Shown: one piece after another, positions 13,393 to 26,437 of the stretch | Layout: every line of letters starts with the position of its first letter | Numbering within the stretch: the stretch's first letter is position 1 | Origin: Glycera tridactyla | Taxonomy: Eukaryota | Direction: 5' to 3' | DNA length: 64,000 bases | Assembly: GCA_965644265.1 (NCBI GenBank) | Contig: OZ286466.1 | Span: 45,632,001 to 45,696,000 of the forward strand | Program-made: the position numbers and the translations under genes | The notes under the pieces: generated by a model | Databases searched by the model: none | The model's input: the letters and a program-made list of their open reading frames with translations, nothing else | What the model was told of the DNA's origin: nothing

Positions 13393-16300
13393 TGTCTGAA
13401 CTGTAGACTAGTTCTACCTGATATGGTTTCTGGTTCTCGGACATGTTATGCTCAGAGCATGTGTGGTTGATACCTGCATAGGTTGAATTATCTGGCTTTC
13501 ACAGATGTCGAACACACAGCACACATAATCCCATCTGTTGATACATACCAGTGAACTCATACCAATCGACTAATCCATTATATGTATCCTGGCGCTTCTA
13601 TCCAGAGCGACCGACTTCTATTGATAAAATATTCTTGAATAAATTGAGATCTCCGTCACCTCCTCGATTTACATCATTGTACAACACAAGCAATTACACT
13701 CCCTTCATCAGGTTGCACTGTTCTCAATGGCATGAGCACGAGTCACTTGCGAGGATTCCCCGGCTGCTTGCTTATTTGGTTATCTCATTTATTCCCCTCA
13801 TCATGACTGCTATCATCCGCAGGTGTAGGTGGAAAAATAAATGACATACCCAAATAATCTAAAATTGGTTATATAGGGACAGGTGCAATCAAACACCTGG
13901 ATATCATGCGACTTGATTCGAGGCTATCACAATCACATCCCTTATTATCTTGCCTTTTTTGTGATGCTTGGTGATTGTTTGAAATATGTGATATGAGTTG
14001 ACAGGGGTATTAATTCGCAGTTATCTGCATCCTATTGGTGTATAAGTTATTGTAGCTGTCACGTGTAATGAATGATTCCATACCTCACCCAGCAGGCAAC
14101 CCTATTATTGTTGTCACCCGAATCAATCCAAATGCCTGCGAGGGGCTTTACTTCACGCATACTTCAACTGATTTAGGCTTGCAGTGAGTAATTGGATTTG
14201 GTTGCAAACTTCCCCATAAGTAGGTTACTTTGCCTCAACTCCAGACTGTTTACTTAGTGAGGTGTATTCTACTCCCTGCTTGTATTGAAATCGTGCGTGG
14301 ATAGAGGGGATTTCAATTATTGTCTTGCAACATGTTTGCCATTACACGTTCATCCACCGTTATCCTTCAAGATAAAATCTGCCATGCTATGCAATCCATG
14401 CAATCAGCCATTCAATGTGACGAATTTGTTGTCGACCGACCAGGGATAAAACAGACTTTGATAGGGACCCCAATACGTTCATTGTCAACCGATCAGGGAT
14501 AGGATGGACTGGGGGGAACCCCAATAAGCATACAATCTTTGTTGATATATTTGCGTGTTAATTGAGAATACATATGAATGAAAGTAAACATGAAACAAAT
14601 TATCATTCAATTCTATCGTATTCGATTCAATTCTTCTAACTCGTCGTTTTGTTGATTACCTTGGTGATGATTGAATATGTATGTATCTTGAATGGTGTTG
14701 ACGTGACATTGGGGGGAGTTGGTGACTGAGAGAGGGAGTTGGGGGTATTGAGAGGGGGGTAGGGGCGCATTAGTGAGAGAGACCGTCACGGAGAGAGGAG
14801 GGGCTTCAAAACTCGCGTGGGTGTGTCTTCAGAGCCAATTCCCACGCTCACGAGTCAGAAAACACAGTCATATATACATTCACAATAGGTACAGAAAATG
14901 AGGACCATTGGTTTCTTGAATATCGGTGTTGAAAGTGTATCCACCACTATTTCTCGATTTTTACAGAACTATATTACAATTATCGACATTGTGATTTCCC
15001 ATGGCATACATGCCCTACTACATGTTCTGCACTTCACGCACGTGACTTTGACTACACCTCCATCAATATTTCACTGACATCTCAGGGCATTAGAGATATT
15101 ACTCTCTACTTACTTACTAATGCCTACTGATATTGCTAATACCTAATAATATCTCTTCACGATATACTGGAAACGGTCGTCTTGTGCGACTAATTGTATC
15201 TTAGAAACAAAAGTTTATCATAATTACAATGACTCCCAATTGGCAGGAGTGTTTGATCTTGAATTCATCTGCAGGTCTCAGAAGCCAGCCCACACTCCTC
15301 TCCTCCAGAAATATCTGTAGATAAATTGTTGAAATTCATGTTTTGGTGTGGATAACTGGAATTTCACGAATATGTGCTCCACAAAGTGGTGTCGAGTGGA
15401 TACTTGCTAACGAAAGAATGTTGTAAGTAGGAAACTAATGAGGTTAGGGTCAGATGAACTCATTTTATAATGATGAAATATGAGAGATTAAGTTTTTTTC
15501 ATCGTCTGTTTCAGATAAGGGCTCGACCACAGCCATCCGTCCTCAGCTATAAATTCAGGTGAGCTTCATAATCCCACGATCCAAGTCTAGATAGATGGTT
15601 CTATATATTTTTCGAGGTTTCAAGTAGCCTCTATTTTTTAACATAGTTTTTGAACATAGTCTTTGAACATTTGAATTTCAAATTCTATTCACGACATCTA
15701 AACATAGTTTAAAAACAAATTCAAATTTCCAATACTTTTTTATATATGCCTTATTTTTTCCTATCCAGAGCATTACAATGAGTACCGTTCCCTATATCCC
15801 GGATGATGTATCCTTAGTGTATTCCTTTATGTATTTTTTCTGTTTTCTATGTTACTAACCAATTTGTGTTACCGCTAACCAATGGAGTTTCTCCAAACGA
15901 TCTACTGAAGATGGACACTGCTTTCTGGGTGTCTAATTGTATTATTTCGTTTCTAAATAAAGTTATTTACATTTACATTTAGACTGAATCATGAACGATT
16001 GTATTCCCTTTTGACCATATAATCTTCCAATAAAGCTTCGGGAGTTTACATGGTACCTCTCTGCTGAATGATTTGCTGCGTGTCTGAGTATGCTCGAGCA
16101 TAATGGTGTATAGATTGCTGAAGCCTGTCAAGTCTGAACATAACGCTAAGGGGTACGTTCTTTACCTAAGCATCGCGAATCAGAATGGGATCGAAATTAA
16201 ACTCACTGATAGGTTTTATTCACATCTTCCGTGACTAGAAATGAGATAGGGATGGAGTTCACTTGTATATTCGACCCCAATGCGGCAAAAATATCGTTTT

Positions 16301-16854
16301 CACGCTGGTTGCACGGCGAGTGAGGTTGCTGTATCTATATTTGCTTCTTGTACGAAGGTCGGTCCGTAATGACGGCAGAATCGTCGTGATAATGCGATCC
16401 AATAAGAGAAAATCCTTCTCAGAAGCAGGCAATCTATCTGGAATCAGGTTCGACCTATACAATCTTCGGATTGTTGCACTGAATTGGATGAGAAATGCTG
16501 ACTCATCCGTGTAAAATGTTGCCTTTACATATGGATCCGACGAATCATATCAATAAAATTATACCATTCACGATGGTCATTTGCATTACCCTGGAAGAAA
16601 GTATTTTTGTTGAAATATCTTGTATGCAGTACCACCTAATGTTGAGAAAGGGCAGCCGATATTCGAGGCAATGCCTTGATTCAGGCGTCCTGAATTTTAG
16701 AGCCGTCAGGAGTCTAGAATAGAACATGAACATGGCGAACAGCAACCTTGGCGAAAGTCGACAAAAATAAACATCTCCTTGACGACTGACTGCCTGCTTC
16801 GCCGACGCCATTGCACTGTTTGTAGCCTTGCTTAAGCTGCTCGATTCGGCCCGT

Positions 16855-16985
16855 CATCGTCTTCGTCGTCTTCGTCGTCGTCATCATTAACATTATCATC
16901 ATAATCATCATCATAATCATCATCATCATCATCATCATCATCGTTATCATCCTCATCATCGTTATCATCGTCATTGTCGTCTTCT
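16855..16985. repeat. (ATC/GTC)n microsatellite
   Basis: Direct reading. Confidence 0.95.
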
Positions 16986-17399
16986 CCGCTCTTTCTTCCT
17001 CACACCCTACTCGTCGTCTTCATCTTCATCCTCATCCTTATCAATCTTTGTCAGCTAATCATCATCTTAGAGATGGAAAATGATATTGAGAACTGAAATA
17101 TTGATAGGTGAAAGATCAGGTTGCATTATATGCTACCCTCATGTGAGAAGCTGCCTTGATAGGCAGATAGGCAGTGCTATAATATGACATGATACATGAT
17201 GTAATACGATAGATCATGTATTGTATGACATTATATCGTATGTGATATATTCGCCACGAGATGAAATGATGTCGCTGGTAGTCCATCTTGTCTTCAGAGA
17301 AAGAAGATTCGGACGGATTACTTCGAAGCAGCTGTCTTAATTGGAATTATTGTCAGTGATTTGATTGGCTGCCTCAGGTTCTGTGATAGCCATTGAAGT

Positions 17400-17760
17400 T
17401 GGGTTCATCGCTGTAATTTATTGTCAGGCCAGAAATGAACTGCATACTGCCGATAGTTGTTTTCTTGATTTGGCGAGACTGAAATTCTATTTGCACTGTT
17501 GGAAACTGGGACATGTAACAACTAGTGCACCTAAGGATGCTAGATTCCCTGACATCCGTGGATTACCGATTACTCCAAGCTCTCAGCTCTTTGTATATTT
17601 GCTCCACAAGATGTGCGGAGTGAAAGTTCGAGCTTGTGACAATTCTCCTACAAAGACATTTGAGGTTGGCCTTCAGCTTCTCTATAACTTGGTCAAGCTC
17701 CATTGTGGGAGTGATTCTGTAATGTTGAACGTCTCCCTGGCGCGAGATGGGAACGGGATT
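17400..17760 (-). mobile_element. Possible decayed LINE ORF2 fragment (upstream of RT)
   Basis: ELDQVIEKLKANLKCLCRRIV loosely resembles EIxxxIKKLKNNKAxGxDxI. Contains an in-frame stop. Confidence 0.25.
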
Positions 17761-18559
17761 GAGATCCATATCATGTCCACTGCTCAAGAGTATTGCATAT
17801 AATGCCGACTCACAAATTGCGTGTTGGTCACTAATGTGGAGAAAGAATAATGATGACGTCATAATGCAACCCTGTATTACACCATCCGCAACGCTACTTC
17901 GAAACGATGGAATCTCATGTAACTTGTCAGCCCCCCTGCTTCTAGCTATGTCCATTATCTGGTGCATTGATGTAGCCACTGGTTTTGCTGCCACTGAGGT
18001 ATTGTCGTTGCACCACGTCTGGTGATGTTGATGTTGCTATAACAGTAGCAACGCCATCTAGAAGCTAATCGGTGGTAGAGATTAACTAAGCCCGTCTGCA
18101 TGATGAGCTGACTGGATTAAGAGAGGGTCGGTTTCACTCTGGTCCAGGTGCTTATTCTATCAAAGATCAAATACATCTACGGACTACATGAGTAGTATCA
18201 ATCGTGAGAGACCTAAAATAAATTGTGGATGCTGACTCTAACTGCATCCTCGTAGCGACAAGTGATCTTATTCGGATGGCAAACTTGCGAGATCGGAAAG
18301 CACTTATTTCAATGGCAATCATTTGTCCATGAGTTCATTTCTCCAGGGACAAGATACACTTCTGTCAACTAATGGCAGAATTGAATGAGGTGATATACGA
18401 TCAGATGTACTAGCCGGGTCCTGTCGATATTACAATCAAATTTCATTGCACCCAGTGCTTTCGACTAGTTGTTCAACGACCGGTCGGGCGTGTAAGTATC
18501 CATGATGCGTGCATGTGAAATATGTACTTGCTTTATTTGCAAAAAAAAGGGGAATATCC

Positions 18560-20080
18560 ATGGTGGTAGCGCTCAGCCAGCACCTAGAATGTATTTCAAA
18601 GTTTGTTCTTCCCTTCATGTGGGCCAGTAGTTCTCCCACAAACATTTTCCGGGTCTTCCGCTGTCCCTTACACCATGATGAGGCTCGCATACTAAGAGCC
18701 GGCTTGTCTTGAGTTCTGAATTTCTATAACAGTGTCCCATCAACTGCATCTTTCTTGCAGCTACATTGTAACTGACCTTTCGTAATTACCCATATAGCTG
18801 TTTGTTCACTATGTGCTGTCTCCAGCTTTCATTGAGGACAGCTATTTGCTTTTGAGTGCAACATCCATCCAGAACTGTCTCTGAGAAGGGTCTCGGGTTC
18901 TCACATGCATGAAAAAGAACAATCTTTACTGTGGCAAAGGAGTGGCATGTCTACCTAGCCATCTCTGAATTTCCCATGTTTTACATGCCAATCATTGTCT
19001 TCATATCTGATAACTGACTCATTTGATCAGTCTCATATGATTCAGCCTAAATTCAAGATACTCGATCAAACAATCAATAATTTCTTGGCACGTGTATTCG
19101 AGTCTGACCTCCTTCGGTTCTTCAAGGCCGGGCCACAGAGACAACTGCTTGACCAATGCAACTATCTACTATCCATCAACACCAAACTCAAGTGGAGATT
19201 TTCCACAAAATGGTATTTCCTGGGCTAGATAAGTAAACCATATATGTAGGTGTAATGATGCACGCTCAGCATTTGAAGGTCAAGCCTGCCACTCTGGCTC
19301 AACGACGCAGGTGAGTGGTAGCTTCGATGACTGCGCTTAGATGGTACTTATGATAGCATTAATGATGGTTTAACCCTGGAGTTTAGCAACTACCGGTCTC
19401 TGCAATGAATTATTATCGCCCTTGGACTTGGTGGAGTTGCCTCACAATGGACTGGGAAACTTGAATGGTAGGATGTTGGATAACTATGGGGACAGCTGCA
19501 GTCCAGCCTTGCCAACAAGCAGCAACCGTACAATTACTATGTACCACCGTATAAGCCACAGCATGAAGGAGCAAGCTGGATACAGGTGTATCAATATGAT
19601 GTCAAGCATGTATAAGTGCTACCTACATGATCATTAGCATTGAAACATCCAATGTAGGGTATCTCCTATTATCGAAGCATCCATCTTCGGTCATCTTCCT
19701 GCTGGAGTCGATGCTGTGTGGGCACACCAAGGCTTAATTGTGTACTCCACCATTTCATTCGATCCAGAAATAGAAGACTGGTTTGTAGTAAAGGCAATCA
19801 GCCACGGAACAAATACTGACAAGCAAAATACTTGTAAGGTGGCACAGACCTGTTGAGAATATTACCGAGTGGATCATGGCATCGCCATTCTGAGAGTGCA
19901 CTGTTATCATTGCCATTTGGGAATATATTCATGTACCTATGATTTTCTGGGTGAATCAATGACTCATTTCCCTTATTTGTCAATTGGTATACCCTGATGC
20001 CATCAGATGAGCTAAGAATGCCGCACAGTTTTCTCATTCCCTCTTGAATAATTGTACGTCCTTCGACGAACACCATATTG
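18560..20080 (-). mobile_element. Highly decayed RTE-clade LINE reverse transcriptase
   Basis: Pieces across frameshifts and stops: NKGNESLIHPENHRYM (like KKGDLSLPxNYRGI), FATVKIVLFHACE (like ATVESVLLYGCE), and VLNESWRQHIVNKQLYG*LRKVS...LMGHCYRNSE...LVCEPHHGVRDSGRP (RTE C-terminus). Confidence 0.6.
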
Positions 20081-20129
20081 AATAGTGTGTGGCAATGAGG
20101 ACTTCACATACTCTTTATACGGTGATTCA

Positions 20130-21110
20130 CTTCAGCATGATCGGGATCAATGGATCCAATATTCAATAGGACTGCCGTGTGAATACCTGTAGCTGAACCT
20201 TCACAGAATCCCATCTTCAGTAGGACTGTCATGTGATTTTCCTCATTAGAATTGCGATCACCGAATCCAATATTCAATGGGACTGTTATGTGATCCAATT
20301 TGAGAGAATTGCAATCACTGGATCTAATATTCAGTATGTGCTTCGATTGATTCCAATCACTGGATTCAATATTTGATATCAGATAGGACTGTCATGTGAT
20401 GTGATCCCTGGATCCAATATCAAATAGGAATGCCTTTCGATTTGATTAGATCACAGGGTCCAAATTCAATGCGACTGTACTGTGATCACATGTACCGAGA
20501 ATATAATCACTGAACCCAATATTCAATATTTAATGGGACTATTATGTGAATTGTGATCATCGATCCGATATTCAACAGGTCTGTCATATGATTTTATTCG
20601 ACTGATTCGAGATCACAGTATCCAATATTCAAGAGGACTGACATGAGATTGTATTTTGCAGAATGAGTTCACTGGATCCAGTATCAGATTGGGCTGTCAT
20701 GTGATTTTATACACCACAATCGGCATCACTGGTCCGATATTCAATAGGGCTGTCATGTGAAAGTCTCCGGCGGAATTGTTCTCACTAGATTCGATATTTG
20801 ATACAATTGTCATGTGACGTTATTCGGGAGTGTGATCATTGGGTACGATATTCAATGGAGCTTCTGTGTGATTTTATCCATCAGAATTGCAATCACTGGA
20901 TCTAATATCCAACAGGATTTTACCCATTGGAGAAAATATTCAGTATGTCTTGACATGTGATTCTATTCAGCAGATCCAACAATCGATATGACTTTAATGC
21001 GGATTTCTTCAGCAAAATTATGAGCATTCGATCCAGTATTCCGTAGGATTGTCATGGAGTTTTATTCCACGAAAGTACAAAGAAAGAAGATAGTATTTGA
21101 CAGGACGGCC
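20130..21110. repeat. Degenerate ~55-60-bp minisatellite, about 15-17 units
   Basis: Recurring ATCACTGGATCCAATATTCAATAGGACTGTCATGTGAT-like consensus. Confidence 0.85.
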
Positions 21111-21442
21111 ATGCAAGTCAAAGGGCATGGCTATGCAGGTTCCCTTAATATCTGCCTAATGCTCTAGAGTATATATGTAGGTAAATCTAAGGCTCCCGTG
21201 GGCCTTCAGTAAGATTTATCGTGATCTCTGCCACGATCCTCATCTATCATGCATCCATTCGGGGGAGTCACGTGCTGCACTGGCGGCGCATGTACACTTG
21301 ACCCAAATCTAGTCACCACTGAATCATCTAGTCGGGTATGGCTGTCCCCAAGGCAGGAGAGAGAAATTATAGATATCCTGTACACGTCATGCAGTCACAC
21401 CAACTCACAGACTATTGAACACTTGTAATGTAGTGTACATCA

Positions 21443-21590
21443 TAGTTCAGGTTCTTCATCATCTTGTGTTCAGGGTTTATGTGAGTCATGCCTGCAGGGG
21501 ACGTACATCGAGCATTCATTGACCAGGAACACACGGCATACATAATCCTCAGGGTTGACACATGCCGTTAAACATTAACCGATCAATCAG
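21443..21590 (+). mobile_element. SINE-like family A, 3' half
   Basis: CATCATCTTGTGTTCAGGGTTT...GTTGACACATGCCGTTAAAC. Confidence 0.85.
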
Positions 21591-22164
21591 TAGTCTATGG
21601 TTTTGCAGTTTGATTTCAAATTTTCTTGTTCTGTTTTGGATTTCTGAATTCGAATGTGGGTTATCACTAACCTTATGGTTCTCTCTATATCGATCCTTGG
21701 TTCCCCATCAAAAGGTACCATAATTTTAAATGATGAAACAACAAAAATCAGGAATTTTTTGATAATTCGAATATCAGAGAGCATTGCATAACTTATGGAT
21801 CTCCCTAGATAAATATGATTATATATAAATCGAATTATGGAAAGTCCTTGATATAATGACACTTAATTGCATATGCTGCTTTGTATTGATGATCTCTTGT
21901 TGATAGAGAGCATGTAGGATGAGGTTAGTATCACTTATAGAGTGGGAGCCCTGTTGATGGAACATTGATTTCAGGATGATTATACATTCCCCAGTGACTA
22001 TTTATTTGCTCAGGAGGCAATAATAAAGCCATAATACAGATACATGCTGTCACTGCTGTCTCCGACAAGTGATAGAGCTGCCACTGCTTACTGCTTGTGG
22101 TTACCTCTGATGGAGGAGCACTGTGCAACCCAAACTACTGTGTACCTGACCTCGCTGGCATATA

Positions 22165-22186
22165 TACAGTCAAACTTGTTCTAAGC
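22165..22186. mobile_element. pogo-like MITE left TIR abutting the LINE tail
   Basis: TACAGTCAAACTTGTTCTAAGC. Confidence 0.35.
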
Positions 22187-22850
22187 AGGCTTCAAAAGGC
22201 TTCAAAATTTTTATTGTGGAGATGAGAATAAATCCTCATTTCCATCTCAACAAGATATATACAATACAAGTTCAGAGAAAGAAACATAGCATTGAAAGAT
22301 ACTCACGAATGGATCATATACAATGTACAAAATACGTAAATAAAGTGTGGTAAGACAAACAATTTGTGACTCTTTCATTTCTAAAGGTATATAAACAAAT
22401 AACAGGTGAAAATACATTGGTTGTTGGCAAGTTGGTTGGTTTTGGGGAGGATGGTCGCATTCACCGAACGCGTTTGACGTGGAAACACTTCATAAATTAC
22501 AATAAATTATTATTGAAGATGAATGTTGACTGCTTTGAGTCATATAGGCACGTCTTAAAGACTGATACACTGTTTGTCCCTTTTATGATGGGTGGCAAGC
22601 CATTATAACACCTGGCGCCTCTCACTGCCATGCGCCTGTCACCTATCATAATGTTGGATCTGGGAATAAGCAATTTGCCTGTGGTTTGCTCTCTGGTAAT
22701 GGGGCCCTCACTGATAGTCCGACTCTGAAATAAGTTCAGAGGTAGTGGGGTGAGGTCGTGCAGGCTTTTGAAGACAAATGTTGCAAGATGATCGTCCCAC
22801 CTGTCGTTAAGGCTTGAATCTCAGCGTCATATGCATGTCTCTTATAGAGT
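22186..22850 (-). mobile_element. CR1/L2-type LINE 3' end (ORF2 C-terminus, 3' UTR stem-loop and tail), cut off at the Penelope boundary
   Basis: Minus frame 22812-22500 reads LNDRWDDHLATFVFKSLHDLTP...LLIPRSNIMIGDRRMAVRGARCYNGLPPIIKGTNSVSVFKTCL, typical of the ORF2 C-terminus. Hairpin TGGAGATGAG/CTCATTTCCA near 22216-22245. Tail (TTGAAGCC)2. Confidence 0.8.
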
Positions 22851-23265
22851 CTAGAAATCTAGAAATCTTGGAGGAGAGCTTCACCAAGGCCCTCGGAAAA
22901 GATCGTGCCCAACTTCTGGCACCCAGCAAGCCAGATCCCAAAAACCGAAGGAAAAGAACCACCCATCATCATGACCACCATTTTCTACCTAGAACCACCT
23001 AGAAAAAATCACCAAGAGGAACTGGGAACTCTTGGAACGCTCCCTCACCACCAGGAAACTCCGCCAATGAATTCATAACAGCCTACAAAAGACCCAAAAC
23101 CTCAGAGATATTCTCATCCGTGCCAAACTCCCTCCAGAAAAATCCACCACACCAGATTCACCAGACACCCCCGATTGCCTCACCTGCAACAAATGCATAC
23201 GGAAAGAATGCACATACTGCCCCCTCATTGACAAAAGCAACCAAACCCTGCAGGAACTCCTCCAT

Positions 23266-24015
23266 ATGGTCCTCACCATGAACAATTTCCAGTTTGATGG
23301 AAAGAATTTCCTTCAAGTTGGAGGTACCGCCATGGGTACCAAAGTAGCCCCCAGTTTCGCCAACCTGTTCATGGCCCACTTCGAGGAGAAATTTGTCTAC
23401 CCACGCACAACCCAACCACAGCTCTACTGCAGATTTATAGATGACATTTTCATTATCTGGACAGATGGACCTGACAGCCTCCAAGATTTTGTCCAAGACC
23501 TCAACCATGCCCACCCATCGATCAAATTCACCCTAGAACAATCCACTATCCATGTTCATTTTCTTGACACCACCGTCCACATCAACAATGGAAAAATTTG
23601 GACAACCCTTTACTCCAAGCCCACCGACAGCCATGACTACCCGGACTTCAAATCAGCCCACCCCATGCACATGAAAAAGAGCATCCCATATAGCCAGCTG
23701 CTCAGAATCAGGAAAATTTGCACCAATCATGATGACTTCATCCTCAACAGTGGCATGATCCTCCACCATCTTAAAAAGAGGGGGTACCCACTAGAAATCT
23801 TGGAGGAGAGCTTCACCAAGGCCCTCGGAAAAGATCGTGACCAACTTCTGGCACCCAGCAAGCCAGATCCCAAAACCGAAGGAAAAGAACCACCCATCAT
23901 CATGACCACCATTTTCTACCCGAGATTTAATCACCTAGAAAAAATCACCAAGAGGAACTTGGAACTCTTGGAACGCTCCCCCACCACCAGGAAACTCGTA
24001 ACAATAAATTCATAA
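23266..24015 (+). pseudogene. Penelope reverse transcriptase fragment, tandem copy 1
   Basis: 249-aa ORF with PLE RT motifs. It lacks the RT N-terminus and ends at a frameshift (LVTINS*; the shifted frame reads KFITAYKRP). Confidence 0.9.
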
Positions 24016-24203
24016 CAGCCTACAAAAGACCCCAAAACCTCAGAGATATTCTCATCCGTGCCAAACTCCCTCCAGAAAAATCCACCACACCAGATTCACC
24101 AGACACCCCCGATTGCCTCACCTGCAACAAATGCATACGGAAAGAATGCACATACTGCCCCCTCATTGACAAAAGCAACCAAACCCTGCAGGAACTCCTC
24201 CAT

Positions 24204-24953
24204 ATGGTCCTCACCATGAACAATTTCCAGTTTGATGGAAAGAATTTCCTTCAAGTTGGAGGTACCGCCATGGGTACCAAAGTAGCCCCCAGTTTCGCCA
24301 ACCTGTTCATGGCCCACTTCGAGGAGAAATTTGTCTACCCACGCACAACCCAACCACAGCTCTACTGCAGATTTATAGATGACATTTTCATTATCTGGAC
24401 AGATGGACCTGACAGCCTCCAAGATTTTGTCCAAGACCTCAACCATGCCCACCCATCGATCAAATTCACCCTAGAACAATCCACTATCCATGTTCATTTT
24501 CTTGACACCACCGTCCACATCAACAATGGAAAAATTTGGACAACCCTTTACTCCAAGCCCACCGACAGCCATGACTACCCGGACTTCAAATCAGCCCACC
24601 CCATGCACATGAAAAAGAGCATCCCATATAGCCAGCTGCTCAGAATCAGGAAAATTTGCACCAATCATGATGACTTCATCCTCAACAGTGGCATGATCCT
24701 CCACCATCTTAAAAAGAGGGGGTACCCACTAGAAATCTTGGAGGAGAGCTTCACCAAGGCCCTCGGAAAAGATCGTGACCAACTTCTGGCACCCAGCAAG
24801 CCAGATCCCAAAACCGAAGGAAAAGAACCACCCATCATCATGACCACCATTTTCTACCCGAGATTTAATCACCTAGAAAAAATCACCAAGAGGAACTTGG
24901 AACTCTTGGAACGCTCCCCCACCACCAGGAAACTCGTAACAATAAATTCATAA
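24204..24953 (+). pseudogene. Penelope reverse transcriptase fragment, tandem copy 2
   Basis: Translation is identical to 23266-24015, offset by 938 bp, with the same frameshift. Confidence 0.9.
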
Positions 24954-25500
24954 CAGCCTACAAAAGACCCCAAAACCTCAGAGATATTCTCATCCGTGCC
25001 AAACTCCCTCCAGAAAAATCCACCACACCAGATTCACCAGACACCCCCAATTGCCTCACCCACAACAAATGCAAACGGAAAGAATGCACATACTGCCCCC
25101 TCATTGACAAAAGTGGCAACACCACCAGCCACAGCTCCAAAAGAACTTACACCACGAGAATGAACATCACATGCAAAAGTGGCAATCTCATTTATAGTAT
25201 CACCTGCAAACTTTGCAATCTCCAATATGTCGGCCAAACCAAGAACAGGCTCATGGATAGATTCCAGGGCCACTTCCAGTGCATCGAATCCCATGACCAG
25301 AAATCAGAAATTGGGAAACATTTCAACCTCCTCGACCATAATGGCAAGAAGAACGTTACCATACACATTCTAGACTTCATTTATGCCCATCCAGAATCCA
25401 CCACAGCCGCCACCTTTAGAGACCAGATCGAGTTCAACTGGATACACAGGCTCCAGTGTGTACTCCCCTATGGGTCTCAACACCATGGATAAACCACCCA
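24944..25500 (+). pseudogene. Penelope Cys-rich linker plus GIY-YIG endonuclease
   Basis: Frame reads KFITAYKRPQNLRDILIRAKLP...NKCKRKECTYCPLIDKSG...MNITCKSGNLIYSITCKLCNLQYVGQT. A +1 frameshift near 25465 breaks the P-x-GLN motif (PMGLNTMD is in the other frame). Confidence 0.88.
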
Positions 25501-26183
25501 AACATGCCAAATGGATGCGCCCACCTTCAAAACCCAGGATATATGACATTACTAAGAAAGCATTGCCCACCCTATACATGCACTCCACCAGCATCCCACC
25601 CACCCCTATTAGTCTTCAATATTTTCACACACCCTCCCCTTTTGGCATAACTACGAGGACCATGGATTGAATTAAGCTGTCCTAGATTTTTGGATTTCAA
25701 AATTGACCACATCCACCCTACTTCCACCCACACCTAGACAGCACCCATATCCATGGGAGGGAGGAGCCCACTGGAATATTCTCGTCTTTTTTATTTCTTT
25801 ATTCAATCATTCCCCGGACTCCCCCCTCAGCCCCCCTGGCCGCAGGGGGCACACGCCCGAAAAACAAGATCTAAGAGTCAGAGCCTGGGCACCACACATG
25901 TGGGCCCCTGGAACAACAGTTTTCCTCTCAACTCCTTATCTAATTCAATTTTTCCACCACTCACCCACGAGACCCCCTAGAGCCCCCCGCCCGTGCCCCC
26001 ACATTTGGACTGGACTTATACAGCAAATTCTACCCCCCAACTCACCGCCCACTACCCCCTATCTTTGGAGTTGAAGTCGGCTCTCCCAGCATGGGAGATA
26101 GAGTGGGAGGCCCAACTGGGCCACCTCCAAACCCCTCTGGATCCCACACCCAAGCAAATCCGCCCAACCCGGTTTGCTTGGGT

Positions 26184-26225
26184 GAGTTCCTGAAGAGGGA
26201 AAAATTTCCCGAAACCGAAGAGCTC
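26184..26225 (+). ncRNA. Minimal type I hammerhead ribozyme-like motif in the Penelope 3' region; cleavage triplet non-canonical
   Basis: GAGTTC (stem I) - CTGAAGA core - GGGAAAAATTTCCC (stem II) - GAAA - CCGAA - GAGCTC (stem I partner). Confidence 0.6.
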
Positions 26226-26435
26226 CATGGCCGGCTCCCTTTAGCACACGGAAAGGGTACAGACCAACCCATTTTGGTGATCCCCCAACTGGGCCCCCGA
26301 TCCACCCAAGCCGTTGCCATGGAGAGAGTGTGTTGCGTATATAAGGCGTGCAACGACGTGCGTCGTTCAAACCTCGGTAGAACCTTCCCCCCTGAAGGAC
26401 GCTTGCCTCGTCTGGCGGATTTGATCCGCCACCTT

Positions 26436-26437
<2 letters not shown>

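Larger units (their letters stand above)
22859..26436 (+). mobile_element. Penelope-like retroelement (RT + GIY-YIG), 5'-truncated, internally tandem-duplicated and frameshifted
   Basis: PLE RT motifs GGTAMGTKVAPSFANLFM, YCRFIDDIFIIW and FLDTTV. GIY-YIG motif NLIYSITCKLCNLQYVGQT..RFQGH. A C-rich 3' region ends at a (TA)n tract. Confidence 0.95.

Noticed and set aside
16770-17745. Shared peptide SRQGDV in two minus-strand ORFs
   Set aside because: A six-residue match with no flanking similarity is likely chance.
17563-17994. SH2-like impression (GDVQHYRI) in a 143-aa ORF
   Set aside because: There is no FLVRES-type motif or splice support, the frame runs on through stops, and a decayed LINE is at least as plausible.
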